Below are positions 41,318 through 52,041 of a DNA stretch of 64,000 nucleotides, one piece after another (the first letter of the stretch is position 1; every line of letters begins with the position of its first letter). Position numbers and translations under genes: made by a program. The stretch comes from a virus. A model generated the notes under the pieces. That model saw only the letters and a list, made by a program, of their open reading frames with translations. It had not been told where the DNA came from and ran no database searches. The stretch is from positions 8,294 through 72,293 of the IMG/VR virus record IMGVR_UViG_3300017917_000894. One strand, given 5' to 3'.

Positions 41318-43609
41318 TTATTGCCCCCCAGAACCAGTCTTAATAGGATTACCTTGACTGTCTGTAACTATTCCAGCAGTACCTGAACTTAAGGTATTAC
41401 CCTGAAGCTGACCTAAGAAACATTCGTAATATCCTTTTTTCTTGGCTTTAATATCAGGGGTATTAAACCCCACAGATTGGCAAGCGGCTTCAAAATACCC
41501 AGGATCATTTTGATTTGTCTTACATCTGTCTAACAAATATTTTACACTAACTTCTGCTGCAATAGCCGGATTAGACAACAGTTGCGGATTTGAAATTAAA
41601 TCCTGATTAACCTGTGTACCATAACGAGCATAATTGCTTCTGCCTGTTAACTGAATATATCCTCTGCCAATAAACTTTGCACCATCGCCTGGTAAAACAT
41701 TACCTAGGCCTTTGCCCTTTGCCGTCTGATATCCATATAAGAATTCAGGTAAACTGTTGTTAGGATTACCTGCATATTGTTGGGCAAGTGCTTTATCGCC
41801 TTTAAACACACTAGGAAATACCTGCAATAACCTATCAGCACTATAGTTAAATCCTTCTTCAACTAATTTCCAAGCACATTCTCCACCGGCAATACCTAGC
41901 AGACTTGCAACAGCATAAGGACTTGTTAATCCATATTTTGCGCAGGCTGCTTTTAATGCCGCAATTCCTGCCTGAGCCGATGCTGAATTTATTGCTTTAG
42001 CATATTCTGGATTACATGTTCCTGGTACAACTTCTGGCTGGTTTGCAGGTTGTTGCGTCCCGGCAGCCGGATTAGGAGGCACCCCACTTGCTGATCTGTC
42101 GGCAAGAGTAACATCGGTAGATTGAGCGCTAAACTTAGGAGGATTGATGCTTTCGTGCTGATCCCACGGCTCGTGTGTAGGAACCCGCTGCATAATACTC
42201 TTAATATCATCAGCTTTGTAAAAATTACCATCACTCCATCCTGTGCCTGGATTTCTATTAGGCAAAGAAAACAAAGGTAATGCCGGAGGCGGAGTCGGTG
42301 ATTCTGCAGAAGCTGGAGCATCTGCTGCTGGGCCGTTCCAGTGTATTTGAGCCCCTGACCCTAAAATATTTCCATTAGCACCAAAGTTTAAATTTCCTGC
42401 GGTTCCAATTTTAATATCAGCTTCTCCGCCGATGTCAATTCCTGCACCGGCTGTCTGTCTAATGTTATTACCAGCTGACAAATTAAAATCGCTGCCGGAA
42501 GAAAACTTGACTGTGTCTCCTACCGCTTCGTCTTTAGTACCTTTGATACTAATTTTTTGATCACCATCGACTATAAGATAATAATAACCACCGATATTTG
42601 TTTCTGCATTATTATTTGCTTTTATATTGATGTTACGACCAGCTTCAATGTTTATATCTCTATCTGCTCTAAAATTAAAATCATTTTCTGTGTGAATGCT
42701 AACACTGTCTTTAGCATAGATATCAATCTTACCATTGCTGGTCATTTCAATCCAAGCTGTTCCTTTGCTATTTGCAATATAGATTAAATCTTGGCTATTA
42801 TGTAGTAGTATTTGATGCCCTGTTCTTGTACGTATTCTTACTAATTCATTTTGTCCGTTAATATCTCCGTCATCCATGACAAACGTTGAGCCGCCAAGGC
42901 GGCTAACAGGTACTTGTATTTTTTGCGAATATCCTATAGTTCCTTTTTTAGCGCCTTGTCGTTCATCTAATGGGCCAGGTGTACTAATGCCGAACACAGA
43001 ACTAGGCACTTCTCGTCTAGCACTACTTGATGTTACACCTCTAACTTTATCTAACAACAACCCCTGCTGTAAAAGTCTGTCAGCAAATGGATGAATAGGT
43101 TTAGGATATTTTTCTACATTAGGGTCTTCAACTTTTTTAGTTGTCTTTAAAAACTCACCTACTGGTAGATAATCTGTTCCATACTTCCTTCTTTGCTCGT
43201 CTGTGATAGCGGTGTATTTGCTGGCAGCAATTCCAGGAACCATATGGTTTTGATAGAGATCGGTTACACAACCCATCCAGAATCCCTGATTAGGATCTCC
43301 ATCAATAAAAATAACCATAACTGTGGTACCGACATCAGGCGGCACCATCCAGAAACCATAACTTTTTTGTACAGAATTAAAATCGCTGCTGTTAGTTCCT
43401 TCAAATCTTTTCGAAGTATTTCCAGCAAAAGGACTTAGATATCGAACTACATAAGTTTCAGACTCGTTACTTGTAATGCTAGGGATTCCTTTAATGAGAG
43501 CAACTTCCAAGCAGCCCATATAAGAAGGGTCGAGATGATTAGTCACTTCTGCTAAAAAGGGACCGGGACTGGCTAACTTACCTTTTGTTCTTGTTTCAAT
43601 GCTTGACAA
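41318..43609 (-). CDS. gp5-like baseplate hub/spike with a C-terminal GH19 hydrolase domain
   Basis: TTG start with GGAG RBS; N-terminal OB-fold (PPDVGT.V..F.DGD), RTRTGHQ, beta-helix repeats, and GH19 motif GRGYIQLTGRSNY. Confidence 0.85.
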   Translation of the reverse strand: MSSIETRTKGKLASPGPFLAEVTNHLDPSYMGCLEVALIKGIPSITSNESETYVVRYLSPFAGNTSKRFEGTNSSDFNSVQKSYGFWMVPPDVGTTVMVIFIDGDPNQGFWMGCVTDLYQNHMVPGIAASKYTAITDEQRRKYGTDYLPVGEFLKTTKKVEDPNVEKYPKPIHPFADRLLQQGLLLDKVRGVTSSSARREVPSSVFGISTPGPLDERQGAKKGTIGYSQKIQVPVSRLGGSTFVMDDGDINGQNELVRIRTRTGHQILLHNSQDLIYIANSKGTAWIEMTSNGKIDIYAKDSVSIHTENDFNFRADRDINIEAGRNINIKANNNAETNIGGYYYLIVDGDQKISIKGTKDEAVGDTVKFSSGSDFNLSAGNNIRQTAGAGIDIGGEADIKIGTAGNLNFGANGNILGSGAQIHWNGPAADAPASAESPTPPPALPLFSLPNRNPGTGWSDGNFYKADDIKSIMQRVPTHEPWDQHESINPPKFSAQSTDVTLADRSASGVPPNPAAGTQQPANQPEVVPGTCNPEYAKAINSASAQAGIAALKAACAKYGLTSPYAVASLLGIAGGECAWKLVEEGFNYSADRLLQVFPSVFKGDKALAQQYAGNPNNSLPEFLYGYQTAKGKGLGNVLPGDGAKFIGRGYIQLTGRSNYARYGTQVNQDLISNPQLLSNPAIAAEVSVKYLLDRCKTNQNDPGYFEAACQSVGFNTPDIKAKKKGYYECFLGQLQGNTLSSGTAGIVTDSQGNPIKTGSGGQ

Positions 43610-43638
43610 ATTAAACTCCGACTTATAATTCTCAAATC

Positions 43639-46600
43639 TTATGCTTCAGATTCGTTATTTCTAAAATTTTGAACCAGCTTAGATAATGGACTTTGAGCAG
43701 ATTTACTTCCGAAAGTTTGTCCAACTGAACTAGAATTTTGAACATCTTTAACTACTGAAACTCCATTTATTGTTGATAACTGCGACTGGGCTGTTAAAAT
43801 TTTATCAGAAGCTGCTGTTCGATCAACACTATTTACTTGGGCTGTACTTTGCAATCTATTAACCAGAGCAGTTGCCAATGCGACCGGGGCGGCGGCAGTA
43901 ATTGGTTCTGGTGCCGTAGCATATGGCACCGTAGCAGGCAAATTTTTCACTTTAGATGCAGGAATGTAATCTAATACTAGTCCGGAGTTATGTGCCTGCA
44001 CTAAATCTGTATCAGCAGGAACATTTTTAACATAGTTAGAAACTTGGCTAGAAAGTTTGCTTTGTAGATTAGGACTTAGGCCGGACATTTTAGCTGCATC
44101 AAGACCGGCCTGAGCAGAAATGCCGTTAGGATCCGCCGGAGACGATATTTCTAATTTTGTTTTATTTTTAACATTAGAAATAAAATTAGATGCACCTGCT
44201 CCTATGCCTATTACAGTTTCTAATTCTTTACTGCTTAAATCTTTAATTGCTGAATTAGGTGACAGACTAGATGCTGGTAACACAGCATTGTTTATTGTTA
44301 ATCCTTGTTTTACATCCTGTGCAGTTGCATCAGCGATTGGGACACTAGTTCCAGGTAATTTTAATGTAGCACCATCACCAATACCAGAACCAACATTTGA
44401 TTTATTCAATAAAGATCCTAGTTTAGCACCTATCAAACTACCAGCAAGAACGCCAACTGCTCGCTTCACAGGAACATTTCCAGTCAGAACATTTGCTGCC
44501 ACAGCTACTACCGCCGCAGTACCTAGATTAGTTTGACTTAATGACGACAGTCCATTGTTGTTTAAACGAATATTACTTAATGGATCTGTTGAAATATTTT
44601 GACTAATGGCACTGGCATTAGATAACAACTGACCGTTTCTACCAATCAGACCGAATGTCTGTGGCTGTAGAGATGTGCTAATTCCGCCAAGACTACCAGG
44701 ATTGTCTGTAAAATTACTAGTTTCAAATGGTCTTCCAGAATTAGGTATAGAACGTCCTAATTGTGTAGCAACACTCTGAGAATCGGCTCTAGCAGCAGGA
44801 GCTAATCCCGGATTAGCATCTGCAACAGTTTGATTTTTTGGATCAGGCTCTGTGCTAACTGACTGTGCAATATTAGTGGCCTGAACATTGTAATCTAAAA
44901 TTTGCCCTGGCATTCGAACAATAGATAATTTTTGTGTAAATCTGCCATCTCTAAAACTGCTTCCGCATTGAGTAACCATATAGACACCACTAAACGGAAT
45001 TCGATTGGCATCAAAATACATGGTACCGCCCTGTTCTAAAGGTAGTATATCGATAGGATTTCTAAAATTTACAGTGATCATTAATGCCTGTTGATTAAAA
45101 GATGCTTCACCTCCTTTAAGTTTTCCAGGGCCGGCGGGCTTAGGATTATAATTGCCCATACCGCCTGTAACTAGATAAAAAGGATCGCCAGCAATTTCGA
45201 TGTCAGCTGTAATCATATTTGATTTACTGTTAACCACAGCATTGTGCAAATTTCTTGCTAGTTCGCTATAAGGATCAGACAGTGGCTGACTAGCTGTTCC
45301 GCTGTAACTTTGTATTTGCGTTTCAACTACCTGTTTAGGATTTAATGGAACTTGTAACTGCGAAGCTGTTTGATTGTCTACACTTGACTGTTTTGCTTGT
45401 GGCGTATTTTGATTTCCTGCGGCTGTTTTTCCGTCTGGCTGATCTTTTTGACCTAGTGCAGCAGGTATCGCTTCAAAATATAAAGTGTTAAAGTTCAATT
45501 TGAAACTTAATACGTCAACATTTAAACCGGTATAAAAATAATTGTATTCACGTCTACTTAATTTTTTAAGTTCTTTTTCATTTATAATATTATCTGCTAG
45601 ATTAGGTATCTTAGAATAATGAATTTTGTAAGGACTTACTACATAGGTAAAAATATGTGCAGGTCGTTTTAAATGTGGATTTTGAACGTCTGTTACTATT
45701 GTTTCAGTTCTTACTTGAAAGTAATCGACCATACCATACGCATCAGTATGTTTTTTAATATCTTTTAAAATATCTCTAATATATTCGCTGTCTCTAACAA
45801 CAGCACTGATAACATCATTTACATTCATTCCTTCCTGAAAGTGAACTGCGGTTTTTCCAGGAATATATTTGATCGATGCCGGGGCTTTTTCTTTTTCTTC
45901 CGGAGTAGGTTGACGTTTACCCTGTTCCTTATAGGCGCTTCGTATTCCGCTCTCTGCGGGATTAACCATTCCATACAGCGCATTGTCTCTAGACAGGTCG
46001 ACTAATTTTTTAGTAGGCAGCACACCCGATGTACTTTCTACCCATCCTTCAGTTTCATTCCAATCAACAAATTTTATTTTATATTCGTCAACTTCATTAG
46101 CTTTCCCATTTTTGTAAGCAGCAAGATACATTGTCGTGTTCTGCTCATTAAGACCTTTAACGAAGTTAGTCAAAATTTCCGAAACCGACGAGCCCGACAT
46201 TTTAATAGGTTTTTTAAGTTTATTAGGCTCTCCCATGTATCTTTGTTCGTAGGGGACACCATTACACTTATATCTCGTTCCTCTTTCAGTAACTTCAACT
46301 TCAACACCAGTTAATCCGAAAGGAAAATATCTTTCGCTATCTGGAATCTTAACAGGATCTTTAAAATCTAAAAGATCGTTATCGGGATATCCCCAAAATT
46401 CAACTTTCAACACAAAAGGAGCATTTATGTAACTAGTAAACCCTGCGGCTACTGCGGCAACATGCAATGCTTCAATAAAACCGTTAATACTATAAGGTTC
46501 TAAAATATCAAACTGAAGTTTAGTGGGCAGCGTAACATTTGCTTCTTTAGTGAAAGTCATAGTAGTATCTATTTCAACTTGATCAATAAACAGATCAAAT

Positions 46601-47079
46601 CTACCAGGACTGGTTGTGTTAAAATTTCTTACTAATTCAATATTTTCAATTTTTTTATCATTTACCGCAGTTTGTTTTATTTGAAGTCGTCTATCGCGTG
46701 CATCGTCATTAGCGGTAGGAACTGATGCATTAATTTCGTTGTCTGTAGGAGCGCCAGGAATTGTAAATCCTGAAATACCTTTTCCGCCGCTCTTAGCAAT
46801 TACAAAATCTAATGTACTTTCTCTTAACTTATCAGGGTTTTTTAGATAATCTTTGCTGAGGCCTGCAAGAGTAAAATGATATGAAATAGATCTATATCCG
46901 AATAAAACATTTTTTTCTCCGGATTGTTCTACAATCTGTTGAGCTTCTCTTTGTTCTTTTGTTTCTTTTGAATCTTTAGGTGGCGTTTTTCTTTCAACTT
47001 CGCTCGACTTTTGATTTTTAGAATCAGAAAGCGAGGGCGGAGTTGGCACAAATGCAGATTCGTATCCAGTGTATTCCAT
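43639..47079 (-). CDS. Large baseplate hub-like protein
   Basis: Upstream of gp5; I.GDP and FSGVY.V.....F..GRFTQKL resemble the hub (gp27/GpD) C-terminal strands. Confidence 0.6.
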   Translation of the reverse strand: MEYTGYESAFVPTPPSLSDSKNQKSSEVERKTPPKDSKETKEQREAQQIVEQSGEKNVLFGYRSISYHFTLAGLSKDYLKNPDKLRESTLDFVIAKSGGKGISGFTIPGAPTDNEINASVPTANDDARDRRLQIKQTAVNDKKIENIELVRNFNTTSPGRFDLFIDQVEIDTTMTFTKEANVTLPTKLQFDILEPYSINGFIEALHVAAVAAGFTSYINAPFVLKVEFWGYPDNDLLDFKDPVKIPDSERYFPFGLTGVEVEVTERGTRYKCNGVPYEQRYMGEPNKLKKPIKMSGSSVSEILTNFVKGLNEQNTTMYLAAYKNGKANEVDEYKIKFVDWNETEGWVESTSGVLPTKKLVDLSRDNALYGMVNPAESGIRSAYKEQGKRQPTPEEKEKAPASIKYIPGKTAVHFQEGMNVNDVISAVVRDSEYIRDILKDIKKHTDAYGMVDYFQVRTETIVTDVQNPHLKRPAHIFTYVVSPYKIHYSKIPNLADNIINEKELKKLSRREYNYFYTGLNVDVLSFKLNFNTLYFEAIPAALGQKDQPDGKTAAGNQNTPQAKQSSVDNQTASQLQVPLNPKQVVETQIQSYSGTASQPLSDPYSELARNLHNAVVNSKSNMITADIEIAGDPFYLVTGGMGNYNPKPAGPGKLKGGEASFNQQALMITVNFRNPIDILPLEQGGTMYFDANRIPFSGVYMVTQCGSSFRDGRFTQKLSIVRMPGQILDYNVQATNIAQSVSTEPDPKNQTVADANPGLAPAARADSQSVATQLGRSIPNSGRPFETSNFTDNPGSLGGISTSLQPQTFGLIGRNGQLLSNASAISQNISTDPLSNIRLNNNGLSSLSQTNLGTAAVVAVAANVLTGNVPVKRAVGVLAGSLIGAKLGSLLNKSNVGSGIGDGATLKLPGTSVPIADATAQDVKQGLTINNAVLPASSLSPNSAIKDLSSKELETVIGIGAGASNFISNVKNKTKLEISSPADPNGISAQAGLDAAKMSGLSPNLQSKLSSQVSNYVKNVPADTDLVQAHNSGLVLDYIPASKVKNLPATVPYATAPEPITAAAPVALATALVNRLQSTAQVNSVDRTAASDKILTAQSQLSTINGVSVVKDVQNSSSVGQTFGSKSAQSPLSKLVQNFRNNESEA

Positions 47080-47378
47080 TATAAGCTCAACACTCTTTTA
47101 ATTGTAGTTAACTTAGGCAAATATATTTTTTTACCTGCAGTCATGTCAAAGATAGGATCTTTAATCTTACTTTTATTTCTAACAGCAAACACCCACCACA
47201 AGTTTACATCTTGATATAAATCGTAGGCAAGGAGGTCTGGTCTGTTTTCATAAGTGTTTGTAATTTCAAACAGAACATCATCTTTTTCTAATGGCAAATC
47301 TCTAAAATTTAAAACATCAAGATAGCCATTAGTTAAATTTGTTATATAATAAGGACTTGATTTAGAATATAAGCTCAT
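47079..47378 (-). CDS. gp53-like / LysM-type baseplate protein
   Basis: RPDLLAYDLY...LWWVFA.RN...DP...G..I..P. Confidence 0.75.
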   Translation of the reverse strand: MSLYSKSSPYYITNLTNGYLDVLNFRDLPLEKDDVLFEITNTYENRPDLLAYDLYQDVNLWWVFAVRNKSKIKDPIFDMTAGKKIYLPKLTTIKRVLSL

Positions 47379-48184
47379 TAGATAAATCCTTGTTTCTTAA
47401 AGTCTGTAGAATTGTCTAGGTACTGGCTAACATTAAATTTCAGCATTTCATTTCTGCTGTACATTGGTAGACAATTAATTTGAATTGTAGAAATTGTAGG
47501 AACTGATGTTTCACTGAATTTGTCGCTAGCTGGCATAGTATAATAATCAACATTATCAGGAAGATCTATTCGATAGTTGGTTATTGCTACAGGAACGTTT
47601 TCAAACATCCATTCGCCGTGTCCGAATAACCTACAAACTGGAGGAGGGCTACCGCTGTCAGGATCTCCTGTTTTTCCGCCCGAACGCATTCTAGTTAGAG
47701 CTTTTAAGAGGTGCATGGTGCTTAGGTAAATTGCAGCATCACGATCGTTTGATACAGTAAACTTTCCTGCGATAGATATAGGTCCTACGCTAGATCTTTG
47801 ATAAAAGTTAATGGCAAAATTTGAATGCAAAGGAGTTTGACTAGCATAGTCTGCTTTAAATTCTACGTTGATACTAGGAGTATAGGGAAATACAATACCT
47901 CCCAAATTATATAATTCGTCAAATGGGCCAGCAGTATAGTTGCTCCAATAATTGTTAGGGACCATTATTTTAACACGATAATCTTTTCCAATTTGTTTGC
48001 CTTTAATATCAAAAACGTTTACTACAGTAGGTTGTTGTTCGGGAGGAAGGGCACCCTTCGAAACTCCGGGAACTTCACGTGTACCGAATGCCGCTGTCTT
48101 AAATAGAGTCCGATCTTTGATATTACTCGGAACTACTGTCGATGTTTCCTGGCTGGTATTGCCCACTATATTTTGATTGATCAT
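47378..48184 (-). CDS. Putative baseplate-tail tube junction protein (gp48/gp54-like)
   Basis: FPYTP, PPPVCRL and NVPV.I tube-like motifs; first gene of the minus-strand baseplate operon. Confidence 0.6.
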   Translation of the reverse strand: MINQNIVGNTSQETSTVVPSNIKDRTLFKTAAFGTREVPGVSKGALPPEQQPTVVNVFDIKGKQIGKDYRVKIMVPNNYWSNYTAGPFDELYNLGGIVFPYTPSINVEFKADYASQTPLHSNFAINFYQRSSVGPISIAGKFTVSNDRDAAIYLSTMHLLKALTRMRSGGKTGDPDSGSPPPVCRLFGHGEWMFENVPVAITNYRIDLPDNVDYYTMPASDKFSETSVPTISTIQINCLPMYSRNEMLKFNVSQYLDNSTDFKKQGFI

Positions 48185-48239
48185 AAAAATTTCCCTTATA
48201 CCTTATTTACTCCATAAATAAAACACTATTTTTACACTA

Positions 48240-48267
48240 TTGACAAATCAATTTCCTATGCTACAAT
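48240..48267 (+). promoter_or_regulatory. Sigma70-type promoter for the late sigma gene
   Basis: TTGACA-16 nt-TACAAT with an extended -10 TG. Confidence 0.65.
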
Positions 48268-48292
48268 ATGATGTGCAAGGATAATAAAAACA

Positions 48293-49204
48293 ATGACAAT
48301 AACAACAAGTCCGACAGGAAAGAAAGTAAAGTATCTAAACAACAGAGATTTGCTAGCAGAAATTCATAAAAGTAAGTGTAGTTTTTCTAGTTTTACCAAG
48401 AAAGAATACAGTCAGCATGACATAATCTTACCAAGTTTAGATAAAATAAACATTCGAACCATAGCTGACGCAAAACGAAATAGAGCAAAACGGCTTGGAC
48501 TAGAGATCTTCAATCAATCAAGATTAAACGGAGATCGAAAGATCAAACTAGCCGAGTGTACTCCAGACTACAAAACTATTCAAAAAACTGATCTAGTCTT
48601 TAGAATAATGACGTTTGATCATATTCCTCTTGCTCCGGGACGTAAAAAAACAACTAAAACAACCGCAGACACACACGATAAAGTTAACTTCCCCCCATTT
48701 CAACATTGGAAATTTAACGACCAAGGCGAACTAGAGTGCGTTGGTAAAAGTCACTGGAGAGGTGCACCTGACAACGGCAAGTTTAGTAAAGATCACGGTA
48801 GAATCACTGAAGAATTAGGAAAAATGTTCTTAAAACTCAGCGAGCGATATGCCCAGCGTAGTAATTGGCGAGGTTATACTTACGTCGACGAGATGAAGGG
48901 TCAAGCTATTCTTCAGTTAAGTCAAATTGGCCTACAATTCGACGAAAGCAAATCAGAAAATCCGTTTGCTTATTATACAGCCGCAGTCACCAACAGTTTT
49001 ACCCGTGTACTCAATATTGAAAAGAAAAATCAAAACATACGAGACGATATGCTAGAAGAAAATGGGTTAACTCCTAGTTTGACTAGACAATATCAACACG
49101 AGTATGCAGAAGAAACAGCTCGACAAGCCGAGCTGTATAAAAACTTTAGAATGCCTAAGAGTGAAGAATCTGATCCTGAAGAAGACGAAGAAACTGAGGC
49201 TTGA
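48293..49204 (+). CDS. Late-transcription sigma factor, gp55-like
   Basis: YLNN.DLL, NWRGYTY.DEM and FDE.KS.NPFAYYT...NSF; sits before gp47/gp46 as in T4-like phages. Confidence 0.85.
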   Translation: MTITTSPTGKKVKYLNNRDLLAEIHKSKCSFSSFTKKEYSQHDIILPSLDKINIRTIADAKRNRAKRLGLEIFNQSRLNGDRKIKLAECTPDYKTIQKTDLVFRIMTFDHIPLAPGRKKTTKTTADTHDKVNFPPFQHWKFNDQGELECVGKSHWRGAPDNGKFSKDHGRITEELGKMFLKLSERYAQRSNWRGYTYVDEMKGQAILQLSQIGLQFDESKSENPFAYYTAAVTNSFTRVLNIEKKNQNIRDDMLEENGLTPSLTRQYQHEYAEETARQAELYKNFRMPKSEESDPEEDEETEA

Positions 49205-49229
49205 CGTTTTTCAAACAGTTATATAAACT
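49201..49229 (+). promoter_or_regulatory. Sigma70-type promoter for gp47/gp46
   Basis: TTGACG-17 nt-TAAACT. Confidence 0.55.
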
Positions 49230-49249
49230 GTTAAGTAGGAGATGATTAT

Positions 49250-50263
49250 ATGAACCTTTTTAAGAAGGTAGCGTGTTTTACCGATATACATTTTGGTCTT
49301 AAATCAAATAGCGCAATTCATTTGCGCGATTGTGAAGAATTTGTAGATTGGTTTATTGAAACTGCTAAAAAGGAAGGCTGCGAAACTGCAATCTTCCTAG
49401 GTGACTGGAGTCACAATCGAAACAGCTTAAATCTGTTTACATTAGATTCCAGTCTAAGATGTTTAGAAAAACTAGGAGCTGCTTTTGAGCAATTCTTTTG
49501 GTTTCCAGGTAACCACGACTTGTTTTATAAAGACAAGCGTGATATTCATAGTTCAGCATTTGGCCGACATATTCCAGGCGTCACTGTGGTTGAAAAAGTG
49601 AGCACCATAGGTGATGTGACCTTAGTACCGTGGTTGGTAGGCGACGAATGGAAAACTATTAGTCAAGTCAAAAGCAAATACATGTTCGGACACTTTGAAT
49701 TGCCCCTGTTCTACATGAACGCTATGGTACAGATGCCCGATCATGGCGAATTACAGGCCGAACATTTTGTACACCAAGACTATGTTTTCAGCGGACACTT
49801 CCATAAAAGACAAAGTCGCGGAAAAATTCACTATATTGGAAATGCCTTTCCCCATAACTTTTCAGATACCTGGGATGACGCTCGAGGTATGATGACGTTA
49901 GAATGGGGAGGGGAACCGAAATATATTAATTGGGACAATGCTCCTAAGTACAGAACTGTTAAATTATCCGACTTAATTGACAAAAAAGATACCATAATGA
50001 AGTCAAAAATGTATCTTAAAGTAAATTTAGACATCGATATCAGTTTTGAAGAAGCAAATCTTATCAAGGAGACCTTTACCAATGATCACGATGTACGAGA
50101 AATTAGCCTTATACAGGACAAAACAAACCTTGACGGGACGTATGAAGACAATCCTGACGCAAAGTTTGAAAGCGTCGATCAAATTGTTTCAGAACAACTA
50201 GTGAACATCGATTCTACACAGATTGATAAAAAGATGCTACTAGAAATTTACAATAGCCTATGA
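49250..50263 (+). CDS. Recombination endonuclease subunit gp47 (Mre11/SbcD-like)
   Basis: DIHFG, LGD, GNHD, GH and SGHFH metallophosphoesterase motifs. Confidence 0.93.
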   Translation: MNLFKKVACFTDIHFGLKSNSAIHLRDCEEFVDWFIETAKKEGCETAIFLGDWSHNRNSLNLFTLDSSLRCLEKLGAAFEQFFWFPGNHDLFYKDKRDIHSSAFGRHIPGVTVVEKVSTIGDVTLVPWLVGDEWKTISQVKSKYMFGHFELPLFYMNAMVQMPDHGELQAEHFVHQDYVFSGHFHKRQSRGKIHYIGNAFPHNFSDTWDDARGMMTLEWGGEPKYINWDNAPKYRTVKLSDLIDKKDTIMKSKMYLKVNLDIDISFEEANLIKETFTNDHDVREISLIQDKTNLDGTYEDNPDAKFESVDQIVSEQLVNIDSTQIDKKMLLEIYNSL

Positions 50264-52041
50264 CATTCAAAATTAAAAATTTAACAGTGAAAAACTTTAT
50301 GTCTGTGGGCAATCAAACACAGGCAGTGGACTTCGGTAAGGAACACCTAACATTAGTTTTAGGATCTAATTTAGACCTCGGTGGCGATGACACTGGTTCA
50401 CGCAACGGTACAGGTAAGACTACTATTATTAACGCATTGAGTTATGCGCTCTACGGGCAGGCTTTGACAAACATCCGTAAAGAAAATCTTATTAACAAAA
50501 CTAACGGTAAGGCCATGTTGGTCACTGTTGAATTTGAAAAGGGCGGTGCAAAATATCGAATTGAGCGTGGTCGTAAACCCAATGTACTAAAATTATTTGT
50601 CAACGACAACGAAATTAAAAGCAAAGAAGAAGAAGACGAAAGCCAAGGAGATAGTAGAGAAACTCAAAAGGCAATCGAAGAAATGCTTGAAATGTCGCAT
50701 ACAATGTTCAAGCATTTAGTTGCACTAAACACCTATACAGAACCTTTTTTAAGTATGCGAGCCGCTGATCAACGCGAAGTCATTGAGCAACTGCTTGGTA
50801 TTACGTTACTTTCCGAAAAGGCAGAAGTACTTAAAAATCAAATCAAAGAAACAAAAGATAGTATTCAACAAGAAACTAACAAGATTGAAGCGATTAAAAC
50901 TGCCAACGAAAACGTGCAAAAAAGTATTGATAGCCTACAACTTAAAAGTAATGCCTGGGATAACAAGTATCAGCAAGACCTAGAAAATCTAGGAAAGGCA
51001 ATTGTTCAATTAGAATCAGTAGATATCGATGCTGAGTTGCAGGCGCACGTTGCCTTAAAGGCGTGGGACGACGCTAACACCAAGATTCGTAATCTTAACA
51101 AACAAAAAGCTACACTAGAATCTGCGGTAATTCAAGCTGAGAAAACTCTTAAGAAATATAGAACAGAATTAGAAAGCCTAGGAAATAAGAAATGTCATGC
51201 CTGTGATCAAGAACTTCACGACCACAAGCACGAAGAGATGACTGCTACTGCTACACAACATTATGAAGAAGCTTTCGAATACTTTCAGAAGATAAGTGCT
51301 CAACTTAAACAAATAGTAGAAGAAATAGGCGACGGAACACTTCCAAGTAAACCTAATACATTCTACGATACAGAAGCAGAAGCTCTAGGTCATAAAAATA
51401 ATCTTGCTAACCTAGAACGAACGCTTCTAGGAAAAGCAGAAGAAAAAAATCCCTATGCTGAGCAAATTGAAGAACTAAAACAAAAAGCTATTCAAGAAAT
51501 TAGCTGGGATGCTATTAATACATTGAGCAGATTAAAAGATCATCAAGAATTTTTACATAAACTACTGACTAACAAAGATAGTTTTATCCGTAAAAAGATT
51601 ATTGATCAAAATTTAACCTACTTAAACAAGCGACTGACCTATTACATTGATAAACTAGGACTTCCGCATAAGGTAGTTTTTCAAAACGACCTTACCGTAG
51701 AAATTACACAACTTGGGCAAGACTTAGACTTCGATAATTTGAGTCGTGGAGAACGCAATAGACTAATCTTAAGTATGAGCTTTGCCTTCCGTGATGTATG
51801 GGAAGGACTATATCAAAGCATTAATTTATTGTTTATCGACGAACTTGTAGATGCCGGCATGGATAGTGCTGGTGTAGAATCTGCTCTTGCTGTCCTAAAA
51901 AAGATGGCCAGAGAGAGAAATAAGAATATATACTTAATATCTCACAAGGATGAATTAGTAGGCAGAGTTAACAATGTACTTAGAGTAATAAAAGAGAATG
52001 GTTTTACCAGTTATTCAAACGATGTCGAATATGTCGAATGA
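50260..52041 (+). CDS. Recombination ATPase gp46 (Rad50/SbcC-like)
   Basis: NGTGKTT, coiled coil with CHAC zinc hook, LSRGE, FIDE and SH. Confidence 0.95.
   Translation: MTFKIKNLTVKNFMSVGNQTQAVDFGKEHLTLVLGSNLDLGGDDTGSRNGTGKTTIINALSYALYGQALTNIRKENLINKTNGKAMLVTVEFEKGGAKYRIERGRKPNVLKLFVNDNEIKSKEEEDESQGDSRETQKAIEEMLEMSHTMFKHLVALNTYTEPFLSMRAADQREVIEQLLGITLLSEKAEVLKNQIKETKDSIQQETNKIEAIKTANENVQKSIDSLQLKSNAWDNKYQQDLENLGKAIVQLESVDIDAELQAHVALKAWDDANTKIRNLNKQKATLESAVIQAEKTLKKYRTELESLGNKKCHACDQELHDHKHEEMTATATQHYEEAFEYFQKISAQLKQIVEEIGDGTLPSKPNTFYDTEAEALGHKNNLANLERTLLGKAEEKNPYAEQIEELKQKAIQEISWDAINTLSRLKDHQEFLHKLLTNKDSFIRKKIIDQNLTYLNKRLTYYIDKLGLPHKVVFQNDLTVEITQLGQDLDFDNLSRGERNRLILSMSFAFRDVWEGLYQSINLLFIDELVDAGMDSAGVESALAVLKKMARERNKNIYLISHKDELVGRVNNVLRVIKENGFTSYSNDVEYVE

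Noticed and set aside
52022-52039. Tandem ATGTCGAAT duplication at the gp46 end
   Set aside because: A 9-nt duplication in an overlap of two ORFs; it only makes the start codon ambiguous.
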